A stretch of DNA of 64,000 bases from Candidatus Poribacteria bacterium (lineage in GTDB: Bacteria; Poribacteria; WGA-4E; PCPOR2b): contig JAJDUM010000027.1 in the NCBI GenBank assembly GCA_022826645.1, forward strand, positions 12,033-76,032. Direction: 5' to 3'. Shown here in pieces: positions 40,259 through 49,680 of this stretch. Position 1 is the first letter of the stretch. Each line of letters starts with the position of its first letter. The translations under genes were made by a program, and so were the position numbers. The notes under the pieces were generated by a model, which searched no databases, was not told the origin of the DNA, and saw only the letters and a program-made list of their open reading frames with translations.

Positions 40259-41447
40259 AGAAGCACGCCAGCAAATGTTAGATACCATTACCGTGCTGCC
40301 CGACGAAGCCGTCGGAATCTTAGACAGCCTCGGTACAGTCCTCGCAGAAGACGTGTACGCCAGTGAGAACATACCACCTTTTCACAACTCCGCTATGGAT
40401 GGCTTTGCTGTGGTTGCGGCAGATGTGTTAAACGCATCTGAGGCGCGCCCGGTCCGGCTTTCGATAGTAGAGACAATTCAAGCGGGCCATGCCCCCACAA
40501 CCTGCATTCAGCGCGGGAGTGCTGCACGCATTATGACGGGCGCGATGATGCCTGAAGGTGCGGACGCTGTCGTTATGAAGGAAGTGACGGAATCGGAAGG
40601 GGAGCAGGTCACAATTTTTGAAGGAGTAGAGGTAGATGAGAACGTCCGGTTCACCGGCGAGAGTGTAAAGCAGGGCGATCTGGTCATGTCGCAAGGGAAA
40701 CTTATTCGCCCACAAGAAATTGCCATGTTTGCCTCGCTGAATCGATCTGAGGTCGCGGTTTACAAGCGTCCGAAAGTTGCCGTGGTTTCCACAGGTGATG
40801 AACTCACACCACTCGGCGAACCACTTGCAGCTGGCAAAATCCGGGACAGTAACCGTTACGGCATCTGCGCTCAGATTGAAGAGGCTGGCTGCGATCCCAT
40901 TGACATGGGAATTGCACGTGACGATGAGGCTGAGACAGAGCGGAAGTTCCGCAAAGCGTTGGAAGGAGCGGATGCTCTCATTACCAGTGGCGGGGTTTCT
41001 GTGGGGGAGTTCGACGTTGTGAAGACAGTGCTATCCAAGCTGGGTGAAATCAACTTCTGGCGAGTGGCAATGAAGCCCGGGAAGCCACAAGCCTACGGTA
41101 TCGCTGACGGCAAACCTATCTTTGGATTGCCCGGGAATCCGGTTTCGTCGTTGGTCGTGTTTGAACTCTTTGTCCGTCCCGCGCTCCTCAAAATGGCGGG
41201 ACATTCGGAGCTGCTTCGTCCGACTTTCAGGGCGATTTTGGAGGAAGAGGTTTCCAACAAAGACGGTCGCGTTAGCTTTATGCGCTCAGTTATCACATCG
41301 CGGGATGGAAAGTATTATGCTAAGACAACGGGACCCCAAGGATCGGGCATCCTTCATTCGCTTGTCTTAGCCAACGGTTTTATCGTTATTCCAGCAGGCA
41401 CAACGATAGCCGCCGGTGAAACAGTAGAAGCACAGTTTATGGGGTGA
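40245..41447 (+). CDS. moeA: molybdopterin molybdotransferase
   Basis: MoeA N-terminal, MoCF_biosynth ('TSGGVSVGEFD') and C-terminal domains. Overlaps mobA. Confidence 0.9.
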   Translation: MLTVEEARQQMLDTITVLPDEAVGILDSLGTVLAEDVYASENIPPFHNSAMDGFAVVAADVLNASEARPVRLSIVETIQAGHAPTTCIQRGSAARIMTGAMMPEGADAVVMKEVTESEGEQVTIFEGVEVDENVRFTGESVKQGDLVMSQGKLIRPQEIAMFASLNRSEVAVYKRPKVAVVSTGDELTPLGEPLAAGKIRDSNRYGICAQIEEAGCDPIDMGIARDDEAETERKFRKALEGADALITSGGVSVGEFDVVKTVLSKLGEINFWRVAMKPGKPQAYGIADGKPIFGLPGNPVSSLVVFELFVRPALLKMAGHSELLRPTFRAILEEEVSNKDGRVSFMRSVITSRDGKYYAKTTGPQGSGILHSLVLANGFIVIPAGTTIAAGETVEAQFMG

Positions 41448-41510
41448 GTAGGGGATAGCGATTATCATCCCCTCTCCTGAGATTCCACTGTTCCCCTGAA
41501 TGCAACCGGC

Positions 41511-42656
41511 TTAGGTGTCTATTCGGTTGGCTTCAATATAATCCCAATCATACTCTATACCCAATCCGGGCTTCTGAGAGACGATCACATTACCTTCAGA
41601 ATCGATTGGATCTGTAATCGTTTTTAGCTCGGGCGAAGGCTGTTCATAATCAACACCGGGACGTAGGAGTCCCCTCTCGTAATACCGACAGGTAGCTTCG
41701 GGCGCAGCGCAGGCAAGATGGACGTGGGGTGCACCTGTGCCGTGCAGTTCGCACTGTATACCGTAAGCCTGACAAAGATTGATTAACTTCCAGCAACCGG
41801 TGATCCCACCATAGAAGATGTCGATACGCATCATGTCGGACGCCCCCTGTAGTATCCACTCCGCTCGGCTGAACACGCCGCCGGGGACGTGTTCCGGGGA
41901 ACAGATGGCGATATCCACCTCGCGGGTGAGTCGCCGGTACGCTTCGACACGGGTCTCAATCATAGGGTGCTCCAACCAGTAGTAATCGAGTTTCTCCAAC
42001 TCTCGCCCCACCCAGATCGCTTCATCCAAGGTATAAACACCGAACGGGTCAAGCATCAGCACCATATCATCCCCTACCGCGTCGCGCACTGCTTTGCATA
42101 CCTCGACATCTTCCTTTGGGAAGCCCGGGAGCTGCGGTGCAGGCTCCTCGGTGTGTGGGTTCCAGCAGATGTAGGCATGGACTTTGTATGCCTTATAGCC
42201 TTTCGCTTTACAAGCTTTCGCGTGCTCGGCATAAACTTCGGGACCACCTAAGTTGGGAAAAGTACTTGCATAGGCTCGGACCTTATCACGTGCCCCACCC
42301 AAGAGTTGGTAGACCGGGACGCCAGCCTTGTTACCCAATAGGTCCCACAGTGCGCAATCAGCTATCCCCATCTCACCCTCCGACGGCCTATGACTGAAAG
42401 TGGACATCTGGTCCATCCAGTGCCAGATCTGCTCCCGGTGTAATGGGTTTTCGCCCAAGATGAGTGGCTTGATGACCCCCTCCATTGTGGCTTTGTCACC
42501 CCCAAGCATGTGTCCGTTGATACCTTCGTCAGTAGAAATCTTGGTGATTGAACCGATACTCTCCACTTCATCTCCCCAGACACCATACCCCCACTTGGTC
42601 GGGTGCCCCCGGGTCGTTGTCCGAAACTGAATGACCTCCACATCAGTTATTTTCAT
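41511..42656 (-). CDS. enolase-superfamily enzyme (mandelate racemase/muconate lactonizing family)
   Basis: Barrel-domain metal ligands ('MLDPFG', 'WLEHP'). Confidence 0.85.
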   Translation of the reverse strand: MKITDVEVIQFRTTTRGHPTKWGYGVWGDEVESIGSITKISTDEGINGHMLGGDKATMEGVIKPLILGENPLHREQIWHWMDQMSTFSHRPSEGEMGIADCALWDLLGNKAGVPVYQLLGGARDKVRAYASTFPNLGGPEVYAEHAKACKAKGYKAYKVHAYICWNPHTEEPAPQLPGFPKEDVEVCKAVRDAVGDDMVLMLDPFGVYTLDEAIWVGRELEKLDYYWLEHPMIETRVEAYRRLTREVDIAICSPEHVPGGVFSRAEWILQGASDMMRIDIFYGGITGCWKLINLCQAYGIQCELHGTGAPHVHLACAAPEATCRYYERGLLRPGVDYEQPSPELKTITDPIDSEGNVIVSQKPGLGIEYDWDYIEANRIDT

Positions 42657-43242
42657 GTTTTTCCTCCTCAGATAGCGGCGGCTTGGAAGTTCAAGACTGC
42701 CTCTTTTTCCGTGCTTTATCCGTGAGACAAAATCGTAGTAAGAATATAAGTCGTATGATATACTGGATACACCGATTTGTCGACAGGAAACGTATCTTGA
42801 TCCAAGTTGATTGCAAGGTTAGTCCCCTTATTCCCCTGTCCCGCCAGTTTGGGATTTCGCTTATGCAGAACAAGCAGAGGGACAGTGATATCGGTTTATC
42901 ATCAGGTACAGGAAGTCCCTCCTACAAGCCCCTCAACCTGCGGGAAGAGAGGCGATTCGATCTGAATCACGGACTAAACAGATGAAGCGGATAACGCGGA
43001 TAAGAATGCGTAAAACGTGATGCGTGAAAGCAGATTGTAATGTATAGGGTTCATTAGTTCAATCAACCAATGTAGCTCTAGAGGGCGACATGTAGGTGAT
43101 TTTAACTTATATAGGACTTACGTACTTGAACACGCAAAGCTTTGTAGTTCGGTGATTCATCACCGCAGTACGCCATTTCCAACGCCCGATGAATCCCCGA
43201 TAAATCGGGATTAAGAAACGGGCAACTACAGTAAGGTCTTAG

Positions 43243-43302
43243 GTTTGTAGTAGCGCAATTCATTGCGCGTCCGGACGGGCGATAAATCGCCCTACTACAA
43301 AC
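43243..43302 (+). repeat. double-hairpin repeat (family B) gtttgtagtagcgcaattcattgcgcgtccggacgggcgataaatcgccctactacaaac
   Basis: A near-identical copy at 58851-58912. gtagtag/ctactac arms flank two internal palindromes. Confidence 0.75.
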
Positions 43303-43316
43303 TGAACTGCGTAACT

Positions 43317-43488
43317 CCTATTATAGTAAAGTTTAGAATTAATTGAACACTCTGTACCGGCGAGGTTAGGAAACCTCGCCTACCGCGGATGGAAAAATCC
43401 GGGCTCTCACCCCGGTAGGTGCGGTTTCTAACCGCACGGCACGGGACAGAACATGGGCAGCGAAAGTGTCTATCTGTTTTTAGAATCC
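43317..43488 (-). repeat. family-A modular intergenic repeat, inverted copy (left boundary of defense island)
   Basis: It is the reverse complement of 57686-57851. It shares 'ccggtacag..ttgaattaattctaaactttactataat', the 'gtgcggtttctaaccgcac' hairpin and the 'gtgtctat..tttttagaat' end. Confidence 0.75.
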
Positions 43489-43504
43489 ACTATAATTAAA
43501 ATTA

Positions 43505-44731
43505 ATGAGAATCACAATGCCAGATTTTACAGACAAAGAATTGCTACAAATCGTCGAATTCGGCGAAGCGGACCGCGTTGAGTTGAAGGAATCTTTGTCC
43601 GGCAGTGCTACGGAAAGAATCAGGGAAGCCGTATGTGCGTTTGCCAACGATCTGCCACGCCACCAAAAACCGGGCTTGGTTTTCGTGGGGGTGAGAGACG
43701 ACAAAACCATTACAGGTCTATCGGTCACGGACGAGTTGCTCCAGCAGTTGGCTGATATGAAAACCGATGGGAATATTGTGCCGCCGCCCTCGTTGAACGT
43801 TGAAAAGCGCGTGCTGCAAGGTAAAGAGATTGCCGTCGTCACGGTACAACCCTCCGACTCGCCGCCGGTTCGATTTAGAGGTGCTATTTATATCCGTACC
43901 GGCCCGCGTCGAGGCATCGCTACAGCACAGGATGAAAGGATTCTCAACGAAAAGCGGCGATATGGAGATGTCCCCTTCGACCTACACCCCATCCTTGCAT
44001 CGGGCATCTCCAATCTTAACCTCGCCCGGTTCGAGAATGAATATCTGCCACAGGCTGTTACCGCCGAGATCCTGGAAGCCAATGATCGCACTTCCGAAGA
44101 ACGACTTGTCGCAACGAAGATGATTGCCCCGGGCGATGAACGAATCGCGACGGTATTGGGAGTACTAGTGATCGGCAGAAACCCACAAGATTTTCTTCCA
44201 GGTGCTTACGTGCAGTTCCTCAGAATTGATGGTAACGCATTAACCGATAATATTCTTGACAGCGAAGAGATACGCGGCGCAATCCCAGAACTCCTCCGCC
44301 GTTTGGATGAGAAGCTAATCGCTCACAATCGTACTGCTGTTGATTTCACAACCAGCGTCCTTGAACAACGGACGGAACTTTATCCCATCCCAGCGTTACA
44401 ACAGATCACCCGGAATGCCGTTATGCACAGAACCTACGAAGCAACCCATGCGCCGATTCGTGTGTCTTGGTTCAATGACCGCATTGAGGTTTTTAGTCCC
44501 GGTGGCGCGTTCGGGGTGATAACGGAGGCAAATTTCGGACAGCCCGGACTAACCGATTATCGCAACCCCAATCTGGCGGAGGCGATGAAGAATCTCGGTT
44601 ATGTGCAACGTTTTGGCGTGGGAATACCGACCGCGAAAAGACTCCTGACCGAGGCAGGGCACTCGGAACCGGAATTTAAAATTAACGACAATTACGTGGT
44701 CGTTACCATAAAAGCAGCGCAAAAATCCTGA
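43505..44731 (+). CDS. Schlafen/AlbA_2 DNA-binding domain + HATPase_c_4 (RecG-C-terminal-like) protein, defense-island associated putative regulator
   Basis: N-terminal 'ADRVELKESL...FANDL' (AlbA_2 E..K motif). C-terminal 'RNPNLAEAMKNLGYVQRFGVGI' (HATPase_c_4). Confidence 0.72.
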   Translation: MRITMPDFTDKELLQIVEFGEADRVELKESLSGSATERIREAVCAFANDLPRHQKPGLVFVGVRDDKTITGLSVTDELLQQLADMKTDGNIVPPPSLNVEKRVLQGKEIAVVTVQPSDSPPVRFRGAIYIRTGPRRGIATAQDERILNEKRRYGDVPFDLHPILASGISNLNLARFENEYLPQAVTAEILEANDRTSEERLVATKMIAPGDERIATVLGVLVIGRNPQDFLPGAYVQFLRIDGNALTDNILDSEEIRGAIPELLRRLDEKLIAHNRTAVDFTTSVLEQRTELYPIPALQQITRNAVMHRTYEATHAPIRVSWFNDRIEVFSPGGAFGVITEANFGQPGLTDYRNPNLAEAMKNLGYVQRFGVGIPTAKRLLTEAGHSEPEFKINDNYVVVTIKAAQKS

Positions 44732-44737
44732 GAGGAG

Positions 44738-45742
44738 ATGGCAATGCCCGTTCCAGTGCTAACGTTCTTCAACAATAAAAGCGGTGCTGGCAAGACATCC
44801 CTTGTCTATCATCTGGCGTGGATGCTATCCGATATGGATTATCAAGTGCTCGCTTGTGACCTCGATCCGCAGGCGAACCTCACCCGCATGTTTATCAATG
44901 AGGAACGTCTAGAAATACTGTGGCCTGACGATGGAGAGAGGAAAACCATCTATAATGCCCTCCAACCGCTTTTGGACGGGACCGGAGACATTGAGCAACC
45001 TTACCTAGAACGGATAGCACCGAAGTTGAGCCTCATCGTAGGGGATCTCTCGTTATCCGCTACCGAAGATGAATTTTCGAGCCAATGGCAAGCGTGTCTT
45101 GACCGTCGCCCACGTGCTTTCCGTGTGATTTCAGCACTATGGCGCATTTTACAAACAGCAGCGAACGATAGTGGTGCTGAGATTGTCTTGGTAGATGTGG
45201 GGCCCAATCTAGGGGCTTTGAATAGAGCGGTGTTGGTTGCGACGGATTACGTTATCGTTCCGCTTGGAACAGATCTGATTTCACTTCAAGGACTGCGGAA
45301 CCTTGGTCCGATGCTACGAGATTGGCACAGTGGATGGAAAGATAGATGCGACCGCAACCCCATCCCTGACCTATGTATACCCAATGGATGGATTCAACCC
45401 ATCGGCTATCTGGTACGGCAACCTGATATCCGTTTGAATCGCCCTATAACGGTTGATGACAAATGTTTCAACCGTATGCCAGAGGAATATGCCCGAAACC
45501 TACTAGGCGATAACAATGGCCCCTATCCTGAGACACCGGCACAAGATGAAAAACACGCCCTCGCTATTGTCAAGCACTATCGAAGCCTAGTACCGATGGC
45601 ACAGGAGGCACGAAAGCCCATGTTCCATCTCACTCCGGCCGATGGGGCCATCGGCAGCCATGCCGCCGCCGCCAATGGGGCTCGTGCGGATTTCAAGGCT
45701 TTGGCTGAGAAGATAATCGCAAGGATTGAACTTGGGATATGA
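44738..45742 (+). CDS. ParA/MinD-family ATPase
   Basis: Deviant Walker A 'NNKSGAGKTS' and 'ACDLDPQANL'. It is 334 aa, with a C-terminal extension. Confidence 0.82.
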   Translation: MAMPVPVLTFFNNKSGAGKTSLVYHLAWMLSDMDYQVLACDLDPQANLTRMFINEERLEILWPDDGERKTIYNALQPLLDGTGDIEQPYLERIAPKLSLIVGDLSLSATEDEFSSQWQACLDRRPRAFRVISALWRILQTAANDSGAEIVLVDVGPNLGALNRAVLVATDYVIVPLGTDLISLQGLRNLGPMLRDWHSGWKDRCDRNPIPDLCIPNGWIQPIGYLVRQPDIRLNRPITVDDKCFNRMPEEYARNLLGDNNGPYPETPAQDEKHALAIVKHYRSLVPMAQEARKPMFHLTPADGAIGSHAAAANGARADFKALAEKIIARIELGI

Positions 45743-45795
45743 ACCAATGAACTAATGAACTAATGAACCAAAACAACCTGAGATAGGTATAAATT

Positions 45796-48700
45796 ATGTC
45801 CAATCGTAACACCCGAATCCGAGACAATCACGATCGTGGAACGGTCGGCGATTTTCTGAAAGCCAACATCGAAAACGGTTCGGCACTCTCAGTTGTATCG
45901 GCATACTTCACAATCCACGCCTTTGAAGGACTCAAAGAACATCTGTGGAAAATTGACGGCCTTCGATTCCTGTTCGGTGAACCCGACTTTATCAAAAATC
46001 TCGACGCAAGGGACACCGATCCGAAAGCCTTCAAAATTGAGGACGAGGGGTTGCAGCTTGACCAGACGCTTCAACAGAGACCGATTGCAAAAGCGTGCGC
46101 TGAGTGGATAGACAAGAAGGTGGAGATTAAGTCAACCCGACAATCGAATCTACTCCATGGGAAAATGTATCACATCGCCAACAACGACGCAGAAAAAGCC
46201 ATCATGGGCAGTTCTAATTTTACCGTGCAGGGACTCGGGTTGAGTCAGTCCAACAATAACATTGAGCTCAACTTAGAGGTGGAGAACGACCAAGACCGTC
46301 GGGACCTGAAAGCGTGGTTTGATGACCTCTGGAACGACGATAAACGGGTCGAAGATGTCAAGAAAAAGGTAATTGACAGGTTAGAGAAGCTGGGGGACGA
46401 TCAGGCACCAGAGTTCATCTATTACAAGACCCTTTACGAGTTGTTCCGGGATGAATTAGAAACCCGCATGAACAACGAGCAGAAAATAGAGGACACGCAC
46501 CTATACGACACACAAATTTGGGATACGTTGTACGCCTTTCAGAAAGATGGTGTAAAAAGCGTCATCGCCCGTCTGTTGCGTCACAACGGCTGCATCCTCG
46601 CTGATAGCGTGGGATTGGGCAAGACCTACACAGCGTTGGCGGTTATCAAGTTCTTTGAATTAAGGAATGAGCGTGTACTGGTGTTGTGTCCCAAAAAACT
46701 GCGCGAAAACTGGGCACTATATCCAGTGTATTACAGTCAACTCAACAACCCGTTCGAGGAAGACAAATTCGGCTACTCGCTGCTATCGCATACCGACCTA
46801 TCCCGCTACGAAGGCGACGCCGACGGCACCGGTTTGGAGGGGTTTAACTGGAGTAATTTTGACTTGGTGGTGATCGACGAATCGCACAACTTCCGCAACG
46901 ACACCAAACCCACCCTTGATGATGCGGGTAATATCACCCGCCACAGTCGCTACACACGGTTGTTAGAGGAGGTTATCAAGGAGGGCGCCCAAACGAAGGT
47001 GCTGATGCTTTCAGCGACGCCGGTCAATACGTCCCTCATTGACCTGCGGAATCAGATCTACCTGATGACCGGAAAGCGCGAAGAGGTCTTCCAGAAAAGT
47101 TTGGGGATCAGCAATATCCGCGCTTTGTTGGGGCAGGCACAAAAGGAGTTTAAGGCATGGGAAGATGATAAGGACAGTGGTAGAGATAAATCGAAATTGC
47201 TGGCTAAATTGGGAGCCGACTTCTTCCAGTTACTCGGCGGCGTTTCTATCGCCCGCTCTCGACGGCACATTGAGACTTTCTACGCCGATGAAATCGATAG
47301 AATCGGCGAGTTCCCCGAACAACTGAAACCGGAAAACCATCACCCACCCACCGACCTGACCGGCGCACTCTCCTATAAATATTTGGCGGATCAGATAGAG
47401 AAATTCTCCCTGTCTGTCTACACGCCGTCCAGTTACGTCATCGGTGAAGCAGCAAAACAGCGATTGGCACAAGAGAAACAGGACTTCCGTTTCAACCAGT
47501 TGGACCGTGAGAAGTTCCTGATTGGAATGATGCAGACCAACTTTCTCAAGCGTCTGGAGAGTTCCGCACACTCCCTCACAGAAACGCTCCAACGCACAAT
47601 CGGCAAAATTGACACCTTGTTGGAAAAGATCGAACGTTATGAACAAAACCAGCAGATGCCGGAAACAGAAAGTGACCGCCTCGCAGAGACCGACATCCTT
47701 CCGGAGGACGACGAAGACGATGAGGAGTTTCTGGTAAATAAGGCGCGTTACCCCTATCACTTGGGAGAATTGGATTGCGTCCGTTGGAAAGAAGATCTCA
47801 TAAAGGACAAAGGGACGTTGGGGGAGGCGTTGGAGAGCGTCAAAGGGATCACGCCGGAGCGAGACGGCAAACTTCAAGCGATTAAGGCGCATATTCGCGA
47901 CAAGGCAGCACACCCCCCGACCGACAAGGACGGAGAGATCAATCGCAAGCTCTTAGTATTCACCACCTTCAAGGACACGGCGGAGTACCTCTATGATAAC
48001 CTCTCGGATCTGGCAGCGGAACTGAACCTGAAGGTGGCGATGGTCTCCGGTGACGTGACGCGCACCCAATCCCGACCAAACAACTTCAACGCCATCCTCA
48101 CCAATTTCGCGCCACGAGCCCGGGGACGCGCCGATAACGACGGCGATGAAATTGACCTGCTAATCGCCACCGATTGCATATCGGAGGGACAAAATCTACA
48201 GGATTGCGACACGGTGCTGAACTATGACATCCACTGGAATCCGGTGCGTATCATCCAACGCTTCGGCCGTATTGACCGCATCGGCAGCCGCAACCTCTCG
48301 GTGCGAATGATTAACTATTGGCCCACCGAGGATATGGAGGTCTATCTGCGCCTGCAAAGCCGTGTCGAGGCTCGCATGGCACTCGCGGACGCGGCGGCAA
48401 CCGGCAGTGAGGACCCGTTGAACGAATCGGCTTATGAACAAGCCCAAATGGAACTGAATTTCCGCGACCAGCAGCTGAAACAACTGCGCGAAGAGGTGTT
48501 AGATTTCGACGACCTCTCCGACGGGGTTGTTCTGAGCGATTTTACGCTCGACTACTTCTTCACCCAACTATTGCGGTATCTGGAAAAGAACAAAAAGGAG
48601 TTGGAAGCGGCACCCAACGGCGTGTATGCTGTCACCCACGATGAAAGCCATCCGACAGAAACCGGGGTCATCTTTTTTCTCCGCCAGCGGAATGCCAACA

Positions 48701-49089
48701 CAGATATACAGAGAAAAACAGCCAGTCCTATCCACCCCTTTTATGCGGTCTATATCCGCAACAGTGACGACATCCGCTACGGTTGTGCAAACACCAAACA
48801 GGTGCTCGATCTGTTTGAATCGGCGGCGGTCGGTAAGATCGATCCGTTGCATGACCTATGTATCCAGTTTGACACCGAAACCCAAAATGGCAAGGACATG
48901 ACGCTCTACAACAAACTATTGAAAACGGTCATCGCTCACATCAGCAGAGCGCACACAACAACACAAACCAGAAATCTGAAGCGTGGGGGTCCACGCGACT
49001 TAAAACTAACTCCGAGATCCGAAACCCCCAGAGACACCAGCGATTTTGAGTTAGTAACGTGGCTGGTTATCACAACCCCGCAATCATAG
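45796..49089 (+). CDS. PLD-family (single HKD) nuclease domain fused to SNF2-family helicase
   Basis: The N-terminal 'HGKMYHIANND...GSSNFTVQG' is an HxK...GSxN motif. Helicase motifs 'DSVGLGKT', 'VVIDESHNFRN', 'LSATPVNT' and 'QRFGRIDRIG'. Confidence 0.85.
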   Translation: MSNRNTRIRDNHDRGTVGDFLKANIENGSALSVVSAYFTIHAFEGLKEHLWKIDGLRFLFGEPDFIKNLDARDTDPKAFKIEDEGLQLDQTLQQRPIAKACAEWIDKKVEIKSTRQSNLLHGKMYHIANNDAEKAIMGSSNFTVQGLGLSQSNNNIELNLEVENDQDRRDLKAWFDDLWNDDKRVEDVKKKVIDRLEKLGDDQAPEFIYYKTLYELFRDELETRMNNEQKIEDTHLYDTQIWDTLYAFQKDGVKSVIARLLRHNGCILADSVGLGKTYTALAVIKFFELRNERVLVLCPKKLRENWALYPVYYSQLNNPFEEDKFGYSLLSHTDLSRYEGDADGTGLEGFNWSNFDLVVIDESHNFRNDTKPTLDDAGNITRHSRYTRLLEEVIKEGAQTKVLMLSATPVNTSLIDLRNQIYLMTGKREEVFQKSLGISNIRALLGQAQKEFKAWEDDKDSGRDKSKLLAKLGADFFQLLGGVSIARSRRHIETFYADEIDRIGEFPEQLKPENHHPPTDLTGALSYKYLADQIEKFSLSVYTPSSYVIGEAAKQRLAQEKQDFRFNQLDREKFLIGMMQTNFLKRLESSAHSLTETLQRTIGKIDTLLEKIERYEQNQQMPETESDRLAETDILPEDDEDDEEFLVNKARYPYHLGELDCVRWKEDLIKDKGTLGEALESVKGITPERDGKLQAIKAHIRDKAAHPPTDKDGEINRKLLVFTTFKDTAEYLYDNLSDLAAELNLKVAMVSGDVTRTQSRPNNFNAILTNFAPRARGRADNDGDEIDLLIATDCISEGQNLQDCDTVLNYDIHWNPVRIIQRFGRIDRIGSRNLSVRMINYWPTEDMEVYLRLQSRVEARMALADAAATGSEDPLNESAYEQAQMELNFRDQQLKQLREEVLDFDDLSDGVVLSDFTLDYFFTQLLRYLEKNKKELEAAPNGVYAVTHDESHPTETGVIFFLRQRNANTDIQRKTASPIHPFYAVYIRNSDDIRYGCANTKQVLDLFESAAVGKIDPLHDLCIQFDTETQNGKDMTLYNKLLKTVIAHISRAHTTTQTRNLKRGGPRDLKLTPRSETPRDTSDFELVTWLVITTPQS

Positions 49090-49165
49090 CTGTAGGAGGG
49101 ATTTCCGAATTCCGATATATCGTTCAGGATTGAAGATGGGAAAACAAAAAACGGGAAGCGGATCT

Positions 49166-49611
49166 TTAGCCCCAACGGTGCGACAGGTTTATAGCTGTGG
49201 GAGGGGCATCCTTGCCCCGATCTCCGTGCGCTCCCAAGCCCCAGCGGGGCGGCATGTGTTGGAGTGATGCGTGATGCGTAAATAGTTCATTGGTTTAATT
49301 CTTGTCTGAATCAGGATTTGCAGGATTAAAGAATTTACAGGATAGAAAACGAAACGTGAAACGGGATGTGCGTTGGTTCATTTAGCACCAGAGAGGCGAC
49401 ATGTTTATAGCCGGGTGATAGGACCCTTCTTCCAAGCCCCAGCGGGGCGACATGTGCCATTTGTCTGAATCGCAGATTAAAACGGATTTAACGGATTTAA
49501 CGGATAAGGCAAAGAAAATGGGAAAATCAGCTTTTAGCCCCAGCGGGGCGACATGTTTATAGTACGCGGAATACGCAAATAACCAAAGCCCCAGCGGGGC
49601 GACATGTTAGA
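49166..49611 (+). repeat. cluster of REP-like hairpin repeats, unit ~ 'agccccagcggggcgacatgt(ttatag)' (stem GCCCC/GGGGC, loop AGC), 5-6 copies with irregular spacing
   Basis: Copies at 49166, 49236, 49392, 49434, 49535 and 49586. Inverted copies at 59111, 59157, 60722 and 60767. Confidence 0.75.
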
Positions 49612-49680
49612 ACTTATACAGTTCAGGTTGTAGGGAACAACGATCGTTGTTCCCTACGGACATAACAAGGGATAAAGCAC

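Noticed and set aside
42683-42985. 100-aa ORF in the repeat-rich gap before the defense island
   Set aside because: It has no RBS and spans hairpin repeats ('ccctgtccc...gggacag', 'tctgaatcacgga'). It is most likely non-coding.
49166-49611. Possible CRISPR array (22-bp hairpin repeat, one 29-nt spacer)
   Set aside because: Spacing between units is irregular (29, 49, 108, 192 nt) and units are partly truncated. Inverted copies are scattered at 59.1 and 60.7 kb, and no cas genes are present. Classified as a REP/MITE-like repeat.
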